This document shows, piece by piece, positions 46,322 through 57,185 of a DNA stretch of 64,000 nt. The stretch comes from Alphaproteobacteria bacterium. GTDB taxonomy: Bacteria > Pseudomonadota > Alphaproteobacteria > CALKHQ01. Within the stretch, counting starts at the first letter, position 1; each line of letters opens with the position of its first letter. The stretch is taken from contig CBDDFZ010000001.1 in assembly GCA_965227515.1 (NCBI GenBank), forward strand, positions 1,856,001 to 1,920,000. Reading direction: 5' to 3'. The notes under the pieces are model-generated. The model searched no databases. It was given only the letters and a program-made list of their open reading frames with translations, and was not told the DNA's origin. The position numbers and the translations under genes were made by a program.

Positions 46322-46458
46322 GAGCGCGCTCCCGCATAGCCCGAAGGCTATGCCTATCCGATCAATTGAAACTTATGAAGTGACAAATTGCTTGATCTGC
46401 TTGCTATCAATCGTTACATCGAAAGTTACGATATAGATGCAACGAAAGGTAACGCAAC

Positions 46459-47088
46459 ATGATCGACGCAGACGCGTTGTCCGAGCAGGAATTCTGGGAG
46501 GACGTCTACCGCACCCGCCGCACCAGTTCGACCGGCAAGCCGAGCGCGCGGCTGGTCGAGTACGCCGATGGCCTGGCCCCGGGCAGCGCGCTCGATCTGG
46601 GGTGCTCACACGGCGACGATGTGCTGTGGCTCGCCAGGCGCGGCTGGCAAGTGCTGGGCGTCGACATCTCGGAAACGGCATTGGCGCGGGCGCGCAAGGC
46701 CGCGGCGGCAGCCGGGCTGGAGGACCGGGCGCGGTTCGCGCAGGTCAACCTGTCGGAACGTTTTCCCGAGGGCACGTTCGACCTGGTGACGGCGTTCTTC
46801 GTGCACTCGAAATCGGACTTCAAGGGCGAGGCGATGCTGCACCGCGCGGCCCGTGCCGTCGCCACCGGCGGCACCCTGCTGATCGTCTCGCACGCCAGCG
46901 TCGCGCCGTGGTCGTGGTCGGACCCGGACACAGTGTTCCCGACGGCGGAAGAGACCGTGGCAGCACTCGACCTCGACGAGAGCGAATGGACCCGCGTGTT
47001 CGTCGGCGATCCGGAGCGCACCGCGACGGGGCCGGAGGGCCAGAGCGCCACCATCAAGGATGCGGTGGTCGTGTTGCGCCGCAAATAA
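46459..47088 (+). CDS. Class I SAM-dependent methyltransferase
   Basis: FWEDVY, ALDLGCSHGDD, GVDIS. Confidence 0.92.
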   Translation: MIDADALSEQEFWEDVYRTRRTSSTGKPSARLVEYADGLAPGSALDLGCSHGDDVLWLARRGWQVLGVDISETALARARKAAAAAGLEDRARFAQVNLSERFPEGTFDLVTAFFVHSKSDFKGEAMLHRAARAVATGGTLLIVSHASVAPWSWSDPDTVFPTAEETVAALDLDESEWTRVFVGDPERTATGPEGQSATIKDAVVVLRRK

Positions 47089-47099
47089 CGCCGTGCCCG

Positions 47100-47498
47100 C
47101 TAGAACCACATGTCCTTCACGCGCCGGTGGTCGAAGGGCAGGTCATCGAACGTGTCGAGCCCGTCGAAATGGCGGATCGGCAGGTCGGCGATCCGGTCCG
47201 GGTCGTCGGCCAGCCGCAGATTGACCGCGATCCGCCGCCGGCCGTCCGCGCCCGGCTGGAGCGCGCGCCAATAGGCGACGCAACCGCATGTGGTGCAGAA
47301 ATGGAAGCCGATGCCGGGTTCGTCGCCCCAGCTATACGCCTCGGTCGGGCCGGTCACGGTGACGCCTTCGCCCTCGTAGTCATAGGCCCACAGCACGCCA
47401 TAGCGGCGGCAGACCGTGCAGTTGCACGCCGTGGTGTGTTCCGGCAGGCCGTCGAAGCGCCAGGAAACGGCACCGCAGTGACAGGATCCGGTGATCAC
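47100..47498 (-). CDS. GFA family Zn-dependent protein
   Basis: GSCHCG, CNCTVC, FCTTCG; GTG start overlaps the upstream stop. Confidence 0.9.
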   Translation of the reverse strand: MITGSCHCGAVSWRFDGLPEHTTACNCTVCRRYGVLWAYDYEGEGVTVTGPTEAYSWGDEPGIGFHFCTTCGCVAYWRALQPGADGRRRIAVNLRLADDPDRIADLPIRHFDGLDTFDDLPFDHRRVKDMWF

Positions 47499-48229
47499 GT
47501 CCGCATCTCCCCTTCTTCCGAAATAGCTGCCCCAGTTCTCTGCCCCAGCGCAGCCAGCGCGTCGGCGTAGTCGTCGACCGCTGCCGTGCCCTTCGGGGTC
47601 AACGCATAGATGCCGGTGGCGACCCGCTCGAACCAGCCATAGTGGTCGTCGGCCATCAGCCGGCGGGCGCGCGCGGTGCCGGTGGCGCCGGCGACAATGG
47701 CCGCCTTGGTGGGGCCATGGGCGTGCAGATAGGCGACGCACCTGAGCGCGTCCTGGCGATAGGCGGTCATCAGCTCGCGCCGCGTCGCACCTCCTGTGTT
47801 CGGATCGCCGACGCGCCGTGCGAACTCCAACAGCAATCGGCTGCGCCGGCCTTTCATCTGCCGCGGGCGATAGGGCGCCGGGTCGCAGTGGACCTCGACC
47901 GTTCCGTCTTCCAGCCGCACTGTTATTAAGCCGAGGCCGAGTCGGCGGCAGAGCCGGAGGTTGGCGCGCAACGCCTGCAGGAAACCGCGCCCGCTGCCGC
48001 GCGGCACCGCCACATAGACCGCATCGGCCATGCGCTGCCGCTCGATCGCCTGGTGGAACAGCGACAGCGCGAAGCGGGTCTTCAGCTCCACGATAACCGG
48101 TTGGTCCGGTTCGTCCCGGCGCACCGCAACCACGTCGGCGGCGCCGACCTCGCTTTTGACCTCATAGCCCTGGCCTTCCAGCAGGCGCTTGACGGGCGGA
48201 TAGAGATCGGTCTCGCGCAACTCGGCCAT
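47495..48229 (-). CDS. DUF2161-like putative PD-(D/E)XK protein
   Basis: RETDLYPPVK, ADVVA, IVELK, GDPN.GG, MTAYRQDAL, DHYGWFER. Confidence 0.8.
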   Translation of the reverse strand: MAELRETDLYPPVKRLLEGQGYEVKSEVGAADVVAVRRDEPDQPVIVELKTRFALSLFHQAIERQRMADAVYVAVPRGSGRGFLQALRANLRLCRRLGLGLITVRLEDGTVEVHCDPAPYRPRQMKGRRSRLLLEFARRVGDPNTGGATRRELMTAYRQDALRCVAYLHAHGPTKAAIVAGATGTARARRLMADDHYGWFERVATGIYALTPKGTAAVDDYADALAALGQRTGAAISEEGEMRT

Positions 48230-48337
48230 GCCCCCGCATAGCGCGGCAGGCCCCGAGTCGCCAAGCAGCCACGGTTTGCAGCGTCGGCGGTCTGCGCTAT
48301 GACCGTGCTCCCACAGCACCACCAACAAGGTTCCGCC

Positions 48338-49282
48338 ATGCCCAAATTCGATGCCGTCTTCGTCGGCCTGACCATCCTCGACATTGCCGGCCGGCCGGTG
48401 GAAGCGGTGCCGGAGGGCGGCGGCGTCGCCTTCATCGACGAGATCCGCATGAACCCGGCCGGCACCGCCGCCGGGGCCGTGATGAACGCGGCCAAGCTGG
48501 GGCTGAACACCGCCACCGTCGCCTGCGTGGGTGAGGACGCGATGGGCGACTACATCTTCGACGCCTATGGCCGCATGGGCATCGACACCTCGATGATGAG
48601 CCGCAGCGCGGCCTCGCGCACCTCGGCCACCATCCTGCCGATCCGCCCCAATGGCGAGCGCCCGGCGCTGCACAGCCGCGGCGCCTCCGACGACCTGTTC
48701 ATCGAGGAGGCCGCGTTCGACGACGTGTGCGACGCCCGCTTCCTGCACCATGGCGGCACCGGCCTGCTGAACGCGATGGACCAGGGGCAGAGCGCCAAGC
48801 TGCTGGCCCACGCCAAAGCGAAGGGGCTGACCGTCAGCCTGGACCTGATCGCCCCCAACGACGGCACCATGGCGCTGCTGGCCGGCCTGCTGCCCCATGT
48901 CGACTATTTCATGCCCTCCATGGAGGAGGCCGAATTCCTGTCAGGCGAGACCGAGCCGGAGCGGGTGGCGGCCGCGTTCCTGGACCTGGGCGCGGGGGCC
49001 TGTGTGCTGAAATGGGGCGCCAACGGCTCGTTCGTCCACACCGGGGCCGAGCACTTCCGCGTGCCGGCGTTCAAGGTGGCGGTGTCGGACACCACCGGCT
49101 GCGGCGATGCCTATTGCGGCGGCTTCATCGCCGGGCTGGCCAAGGGCATGGACTTGGCCGAGGCGTGCCGGCTCGGCACCGCCACATCGGGCCTGGTTGC
49201 GACCGGCCTCGGCTCCGACGCCGGCGTGGTGGACCTGGCGACGACGCTGAAGTTCATGGAAACGGCGGAGGTGCTGGACTGA
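48338..49282 (+). CDS. PfkB family carbohydrate kinase
   Basis: AGTAAG, PSMEE, DTTGCGDAYCGG. Confidence 0.92.
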   Translation: MPKFDAVFVGLTILDIAGRPVEAVPEGGGVAFIDEIRMNPAGTAAGAVMNAAKLGLNTATVACVGEDAMGDYIFDAYGRMGIDTSMMSRSAASRTSATILPIRPNGERPALHSRGASDDLFIEEAAFDDVCDARFLHHGGTGLLNAMDQGQSAKLLAHAKAKGLTVSLDLIAPNDGTMALLAGLLPHVDYFMPSMEEAEFLSGETEPERVAAAFLDLGAGACVLKWGANGSFVHTGAEHFRVPAFKVAVSDTTGCGDAYCGGFIAGLAKGMDLAEACRLGTATSGLVATGLGSDAGVVDLATTLKFMETAEVLD

Positions 49283-49306
49283 CCGCCGGGCGGCGAGGTG
49301 GCAGTT

Positions 49307-49739
49307 ATGATCGCCAGATTTGCGGTTGTCGTGCTCCTGCTGGCCGGCGGCGCCATGGGCGGTGGCGACGCGTTCGCGCAAGATCTGCCCGGCCCCAGCG
49401 CGTACGCCGTAGTGCGATATGAGTTGGCCAATCCAGATGGCAGCCGTTTCGGCGTGCTGCGCCACGACCGCAATCTGACCTGGCTGCTGGAGGCCGAAGG
49501 CGGGTTGCCCGAGGGTCTGCCGGACGACCTTCCCGCCGCCTGGCAGCAGATCCACATCGACGACGAGATGGTGCTGCTGCAAGCCCTGGACTGGCCCGGC
49601 GGCGGCCCGACCCCGCTGATGTTCGCGAACGCGCGCGCCCTGTCGGTGGAGATCGAGATGGTCACGCCCCACGGGCAACCGCCCCCGCGACGAGGGCGAC
49701 CGCGTCGCCTATGTGTTCGAGGTGGTGGCGACGGAGTAA
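49307..49739 (+). pseudogene. Secreted hypothetical protein with an apparent frameshift at CCCC 49667-49670
   Basis: Signal peptide ending AFA; removing one C gives ...MVTP-TGNRPRDEGDRVAYVFEVVATE* with host-like codons. Confidence 0.55.
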
Positions 49740-49775
49740 CTGAGCGCCCGTACTGCCCTGCCGGCGGCCCGACCG

Positions 49776-50147
49776 TCAGGGGCCGGTGATCTCGGCGAAT
49801 TCCGGGCTCATGGTCATTGAATCGGTGACCGTCACCGCCCCGCCGCACATGTCGACCATGTCGACAGCGCTGGCGTAGCCGGCGTCGTAGACCACCCACA
49901 CATCGAACAGGCACTGGCTGTCCGCGCGCTCGAACTGGAGATTGGCCGCGGCGCCGGGCGCGATCGTGGCGCCGCGCAGCATCTCCGCGCCCCAGACGGG
50001 CTGGTCGCTGGGCCTGACGTAGATTTGTGCGACGGCGTAGCTGCCGTCGTTCGAGAACGTCAGCACGCTGGTGGCGGCGTGGGCAGTCGAGATAGCGGGC
50101 AGCGCCGCGCCGATGGTGAGCGCGACGGCTGCCAATGTGCGGTTCAT
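49776..50147 (-). CDS. Small secreted hypothetical protein
   Basis: RBS GAGGAG, signal peptide ending AHA, W-G..L and C..D...D.C pattern common in alphaproteobacterial exported proteins. Confidence 0.75.
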   Translation of the reverse strand: MNRTLAAVALTIGAALPAISTAHAATSVLTFSNDGSYAVAQIYVRPSDQPVWGAEMLRGATIAPGAAANLQFERADSQCLFDVWVVYDAGYASAVDMVDMCGGAVTVTDSMTMSPEFAEITGP

Positions 50148-50395
50148 AATGATGCTCCTCCGGGTGAGGCGGGCCGGCCGATCTGGAACGAGTGATCCGA
50201 ACAGGTTGTTCGGGAGGCGCGTCTGGCGGCCCGGTGAGCTGGGCGCGGACTGGCCCAGGCGAGGGCGTCCACAGTGACAGCCCTTACGCATCCGATACAG
50301 CTGAAACCGCCCAGCCCTGGTTTTTGTGTCAGAAACATCCCTATTTTCTGACATATACAAATCCTTATGTCAGAAACGCGCCTTTGCGCCTGCGA

Positions 50396-50667
50396 CTACC
50401 GTCGGAATAGGGCGATATAGTCCTCGAACAGGAACAGGCGGTTTCGCCGCTGCCCGGTCAGTTCCCGCAGCACGCTGAGCGCGACGAAATCCGAGATCAG
50501 CGCCGATGCCGTGTTCTGGGTGGTGCCGATGAGTGCGGCCACCGCCTTCACGCTGACGATCGGCCGCGCATACAGATGTTGCATCAGCATGAGCGCGTTG
50601 TCCTGCCGGCGGACGCTGAACCGCGGCAGCACATCGCGCTCGATGGCCTGCCTAAGGCGCGGGCGAG
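50396..50667 (-). pseudogene. C-terminal remnant of a Fic/DOC family protein
   Basis: HLYARPIVSV..TASALI...LRELTGQRRNRLFLFEDYIALF typical of Fic C-terminal HTH; no HPFxDGNGR; host-like codons stop at about 50667. Confidence 0.7.
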
Positions 50668-50775
50668 CAAAGAACAAGTCAGAAACACGTGACGAGAGTG
50701 GCGCGTCGCACGCGCGACGGTATTTAGATTGACTAAACGTCAAACAAGCTCCGTCCTAAGAAGTATAATTGCGTA

Positions 50776-51066
50776 TCATGTTCGAAATAGATCGAAGGTA
50801 TGTTTATCACGTGGCGCCCGTACCCTGTCAAAACATGGATGTTTTGTTTTCGTCCAACCAATATTTCCATTAAAATGACACCAGCCACCATTCGGCATAT
50901 TAACGCTGAGAATTCGGTCGCCGCACATGGGACACAGGTGCCGATAGCTTTTCGATTTTTCTCCATCTCCGACATTAATCAAAGCCCATGAATCGCGCAC
51001 CTGAACACTGCGACCTGACTTTAGGTGTCGCACATGCCGCCTCCGCTTGATCCATTCGTAGGTCAT
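50776..51066 (-). CDS. Small basic putative Zn-binding protein
   Basis: RBS AAAGGA; CPMCG...WTKTKHPC motif. Confidence 0.65.
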   Translation of the reverse strand: MTYEWIKRRRHVRHLKSGRSVQVRDSWALINVGDGEKSKSYRHLCPMCGDRILSVNMPNGGWCHFNGNIGWTKTKHPCFDRVRAPRDKHTFDLFRT

Positions 51067-51326
51067 AGGTGTTGTGTCCTTTCTTCACTTAGACGATTTA
51101 TTTGCATAGGTCGAGCCCTCCGTCGATGCGTTGCTTCCGGCTCGTGCGCAAGTTATTTTTGAGCCCACCTTGAGCGTTCGTTACGGGTTCGGCATGGACC
51201 AAGACGGAATAACCCTTCTCTATGGCGCTGAGACAAAGAATCCCAATGAGAAAAGTGCGATTATAGCGACTGAATGAGTCGCGACGGCACGACTATCTGA
51301 TTTACAAGTGCGAGCAGGAGATTTTT

Positions 51327-52475
51327 ATGAGTGCACAGCGCCCTCAAACGGCAACTGAGCCATCTCGTCCTGTCGATGTACACTATCGACGGTTGGATCG
51401 CGAGATCGTATCATTTCCTAATAGTATATCATTTGCGGAGGCTTTGCGGCGAGTATTAAGAGTGAGAACCAATAGCCTTCTCGTGCAGGACGATGTTGGG
51501 CAGAGGGTTCAAAGACAAATTCCCAATCGACTAGGTGATATTCGTTGTTGGAACAATATTGTTGCTGAAGAGGGGCGAGTCTTTGGAACTATTTGTCTAT
51601 ACAGGCCGGCTGAGTTACAGGCAGTAATTCAGGCTAGAGGGATTGACGGTGTTGTGAGTGCTTATCCATTATCTCAAATCGGCGAAACAAATGGTGGAGA
51701 TTTCTTGAGAGCTATTTCGTACTGGATGTCCTTCGAAGATCATTTTTATTTGATACAATCGTCGTCGTTGCAAACCAGTGCGATGGAGAATTACTTTAGT
51801 TGGCTTCTCCAACGACATGGAATTCTGGAGTCTGGGCAGTCTGTTGGCATGAGTGTTGCGTTAGATCGTGATGCTATTGGTGGTGATCTTGAAGATTTAA
51901 GCTCTCTAAACGTCGGTGGAAGTCTTGCGCCACCAACGGATGGTGATTTGGATGGAAACGAAGATTCATTAGTATCGCATCCAGGCGTGGATATCCAATT
52001 GAGTGATGGTTCAGGTCGTCGTGAGCGCCGCCGGATCGGTCGTGGTCGCCAGATCCTGCCAAATGCATGGGATTTGCTGCACAACGTAATGCATGACCAA
52101 AGGTCTTTGGAGGAGGTTGAGGACGCGTACCGGGACCTTCGTCGGGCGGACCCCAATGCCACCCTTGACGCAGAGTTGGAGTTTTTCGTCCGAATTCGGC
52201 GGAGAACGGACACCGGTCGGTCGGCTCGTCAGCGCGCCCTTCAAGCCATAAGCAATGGACTCCGTGATCTGCCTGATGGCACCGTGACTGCGAAGGGGGA
52301 CGGTGGTACTGTAAGGGGAAAAGAGGTTCGGCTGAAGATGCCGCGCCGCATCAAGCTCGCGCGTCCGCCGCTTGGCGCTCCAGAGGGTGCTCAAAGTTCG
52401 TTGCTGGACCTTGACCACGCGTTTCACGAAATCAAATTAGTGCATGATCGGTTTGTTGAGGATGGCAGAATTTAG
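51327..52475 (+). CDS. Uncharacterised soluble protein (islet gene A)
   Basis: 382-aa ORF in AT-rich DNA; RBS AGGAG; 3 bp from the next gene. Confidence 0.85.
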   Translation: MSAQRPQTATEPSRPVDVHYRRLDREIVSFPNSISFAEALRRVLRVRTNSLLVQDDVGQRVQRQIPNRLGDIRCWNNIVAEEGRVFGTICLYRPAELQAVIQARGIDGVVSAYPLSQIGETNGGDFLRAISYWMSFEDHFYLIQSSSLQTSAMENYFSWLLQRHGILESGQSVGMSVALDRDAIGGDLEDLSSLNVGGSLAPPTDGDLDGNEDSLVSHPGVDIQLSDGSGRRERRRIGRGRQILPNAWDLLHNVMHDQRSLEEVEDAYRDLRRADPNATLDAELEFFVRIRRRTDTGRSARQRALQAISNGLRDLPDGTVTAKGDGGTVRGKEVRLKMPRRIKLARPPLGAPEGAQSSLLDLDHAFHEIKLVHDRFVEDGRI

Positions 52476-52478
52476 CGA

Positions 52479-53066
52479 ATGCAAGTAAGAAAAGGAGGAT
52501 TGATTTTTGGCCTAGTCGCCCAGATATCAATTTGGGGGATCGCGGTATTATGTTTTTTTTACGTTTCATTTCCTGTTTGGGAAAGCGCCTCATCGAGTCT
52601 GATAACAGCATTATCTCTATTCACCGGTGCAATATTGCTGCGTGTCATGAGGCCTTTTCCCGTTATGGATTCGGACGGGTTTGAAGATTTAGAGGAAATA
52701 GAAACGCTTGAAAGCTCTTTGAGACATGCAATGAGAGCGCTAGCTTTTGCGGCAGCGTTAGCAGGTATTGTAATTGGCCTTTTAGTTTTCCGCAAATCGC
52801 TCATATATATTACTACAGGAATAACAGAAATAGATGAATTGAGAGGCGAGGTTTATTCTGGAGCTTTAGGATTTATGATAATGTTTATTGTCTATAGGTT
52901 GGTGTATGTTGTGAGGTTGGATTTTTCTGTATTGCGACGACAGGCAAAATCAGTGAAAAATGCGTATAAAAGGAAGCGAGGTCGCGAGGAAATCGAATAT
53001 AGACGCAAGAGTGATGATCTAGACTACTCATATCGAGATACTGCAAAATATCCCGGTCGCAATTAG
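52479..53066 (+). CDS. Uncharacterised 4-TM membrane protein (islet gene B)
   Basis: Four hydrophobic segments, an acidic loop and a basic C-terminal tail. Confidence 0.85.
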   Translation: MQVRKGGLIFGLVAQISIWGIAVLCFFYVSFPVWESASSSLITALSLFTGAILLRVMRPFPVMDSDGFEDLEEIETLESSLRHAMRALAFAAALAGIVIGLLVFRKSLIYITTGITEIDELRGEVYSGALGFMIMFIVYRLVYVVRLDFSVLRRQAKSVKNAYKRKRGREEIEYRRKSDDLDYSYRDTAKYPGRN

Positions 53067-53139
53067 GGTTACAAATCGTCAAGTCAAGTGTGAAATACCC
53101 CACTCCCCTCTCCCCCCATCCCGCCCTATAATCCCCCGC

Positions 53140-55356
<2,217 letters not shown>

Positions 55357-55381
55357 GCGCGGGGGTACTCTCCCACACTGC

Positions 55382-55487
55382 CGTCATGCCCGGGACGGCC
55401 CCCGCGAGGGGGTCGAGACCCGGGTATCCACGACTTGCCATCGTCCGACGAAAGACGTGGATGCGCGGATCAAGTCCGCGCATGACG
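55382..55487. repeat. Family B palindromic repeat (variant with an insertion)
   Basis: CGTCATGCCCGGG...GACGTGGATGCGCGGATCAAGTCCGCGCATGACG. Confidence 0.85.
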
Positions 55488-55630
55488 GACAACACGAGGC
55501 CCATAGCAGCTGAAATGTAGATGGGCTAACGGCCCTTGTTTGGTGGCGTGCATGAGTGGTCGTCCCTCAAGATGTCGGTGTCATACACGGAGTCGGGTTT
55601 GCCGCTCCAAGACATCGAGGAGAGACGACC

Positions 55631-56674
55631 ATGAACTACTATGCCGGGATTGACGTTTCTTTGGAATGGTCATCGGTGTGCGTTGTTGACGGCGCGGGCG
55701 GGATTGTCTGCGAGGCTCGTATTGCGAGCACGCCGGCGGGTTTGTTGTTGTGGTTTGGGTCTTTGGGGATTTCGGTTGAGCGGATTGGTCTTGAGGCGGG
55801 GCCGTTGTCGCAATGGCTTGTGCGGGGATGTAGCGAGGGCGGTCTTTCGGTTGAGTTGCTGGAGACGCGTCATGTTGCGCGGGCCCTTTCGACGATGCCG
55901 GTGAAGTCGGACCGCTCGGACGCACGCGGGATTGCTCAGCTGATGCGTGTGGGCTGGTTTCGTCCGGTTCACTGCAAGTCTTTGGCGGCCCAGGAGATGC
56001 GGGCCCTTTTGAAGGGTCGCGACCAGCTCCGCGCGAAGCTGCACGATCTTGAGATGCACCTTCGTGGTCAGCTGCGGAACTTCGGGCTGAAGGTAGGGCA
56101 CACCACCAGGCGCAGCTTTTCGACACGTATTTCGGAGCTTGTGGCGGGGCATCCGGTACTGGAGGCGGTGGCGGGGGCGCTGCTGTCGGCACGCGATGGC
56201 CTGTTGCTATCGTTCACGGCGCTGGACCGGCAGGTCCGAGCGGCATCGCAGGCGGACGATCGCGCTCGCCTGCTGATGACGGTGCCGGGCGTGGGGAGCA
56301 TTGTCGGACTGACCTACTTGTCGGGAGTGGACGACCCCGGGCGGTTTGCCTCGTCGCGCCTGGTGGGGGCGCACTTCGGCCTGACGCCGACCAAGCGCCA
56401 GTCGGGCGAGAGCGAGATGACGGGGCGGATCTCGAAGGTGGGCGATGCGGACGTGCGTGCAGCGCTTTACGAGGCGGCGCACGTAATCCTGACCCGGCCG
56501 ATCAAGGGCGGGTGGTTGAAGAGCTGGGCGATGAAGCTGGCCAGGCGAGCCGGCATGAGGAAGGCGAAGGTCGCGCTGGCGCGCCGGCTGGCCGTGATCA
56601 TGCACCGGATGTGGGTTGACGGCACCGCGTTCAACCATGCCGGACCGGTGCGCCCGGCGATGGCAGCGGCCTAA
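55631..56674 (+). CDS. IS110 family DEDD recombinase/transposase
   Basis: YAGIDVS, IGLEAG, KSDRSDARGIA (DEDD), VPGVG, RQSG catalytic serine, RISKVGD, VALARRLA; RBS GAGGAG. Confidence 0.96.
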   Translation: MNYYAGIDVSLEWSSVCVVDGAGGIVCEARIASTPAGLLLWFGSLGISVERIGLEAGPLSQWLVRGCSEGGLSVELLETRHVARALSTMPVKSDRSDARGIAQLMRVGWFRPVHCKSLAAQEMRALLKGRDQLRAKLHDLEMHLRGQLRNFGLKVGHTTRRSFSTRISELVAGHPVLEAVAGALLSARDGLLLSFTALDRQVRAASQADDRARLLMTVPGVGSIVGLTYLSGVDDPGRFASSRLVGAHFGLTPTKRQSGESEMTGRISKVGDADVRAALYEAAHVILTRPIKGGWLKSWAMKLARRAGMRKAKVALARRLAVIMHRMWVDGTAFNHAGPVRPAMAAA

Positions 56675-56744
56675 TGGCAAAGACGACCGCCGCATAGGGA
56701 GAACCAGCACACGAGCTTCGGCGGGCGCAGACACCGGCCCGTCA

Positions 56745-56905
56745 AGCGCCGTCCCGCGCCGGGACGATGGATCAGGTCAGGCCGCCATCCAGGATGTCGC
56801 CTCGCACGAGAGCACGCTTCCGTAGATTGGACCGACCGATCCTCGCATATCCATCTTGGTGGCGGCCGTGCGCCGACCCCGTACAGAAGCATGACCCAGG
56901 CGCCG
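56745..56905 (+). ncRNA. Putative seekRNA/bridge RNA
   Basis: 5' hairpin GTCCC..GGGAC; two internal loops carrying matches to the target site and to the circle junction (see findings); ends approximate. Confidence 0.7.
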
Positions 56906-56947
56906 GGACGACGAAAAAGGGATTGACCAACAATGGCCCGTTACAGA

Positions 56948-57031
56948 AGCCTGGGTGGAGCGTAGCGAAACCCGGGAATTCATCGTCTGGGGCAAGGTTC
57001 CCCGGGTTGCACTTCGTTCCACCCGGGCTAC
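56948..57031. repeat. GTAG-type REP pair (REPIN), left GTAG separated by the IS
   Basis: (GT)AGCCTGGGTGGAGCGTAGCGAAACCCGGG ... CCCGGGTTGCACTTCGTTCCACCCGGGCTAC. Confidence 0.85.
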
Positions 57032-57038
57032 GGGCCAA

Positions 57039-57163
57039 TTGTCATCCTCGGCCGAAGCCCAAGAGCACTTGGGCGGAGCGCCGGGGATCCATGGTTGACC
57101 TCGCGCGATGCCTGGAATGGATCCTCGCCACTCGGTCCTTTGGACCTCGGGCAAGGATGACAA
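57039..57163. repeat. Family C palindromic repeat
   Basis: TTGTCATCC...GGATGACAA; homologous to 9487-9612. Confidence 0.8.
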
Positions 57164-57185
57164 TGAGAGGAGGAGAGGGCGCCCC

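Larger units (their letters stand above)
50668..53095. mobile_element. AT-rich horizontally acquired islet (no integrase seen)
   Basis: Abrupt switch to AT-rich sequence and non-host codon usage; return to GC-rich sequence at uvrB; boundaries approximate. Confidence 0.7.
55521..56947 (+). mobile_element. IS110 family, IS1111-group insertion sequence (complete)
   Basis: Sub-terminal inverted repeats TAACGGCCCTTGTTTGG (55527-55543) and CCAACAATGGCCCGTTA (56927-56943); AG core on both flanks; long 3' non-coding region. Confidence 0.88.

Noticed and set aside
50668-53095. Islet as a prophage or integrative element
   Set aside because: No integrase, phage structural genes or convincing att direct repeats
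56894-56901. ACCCAGGC, an exact complement of target flank GCCTGGGT, as the guide
   Set aside because: It appears to lie in the closing stem of the donor loop and has no partner left-guide across a hairpin; the 56785 segment fits better, though this cannot be excluded without covariation data
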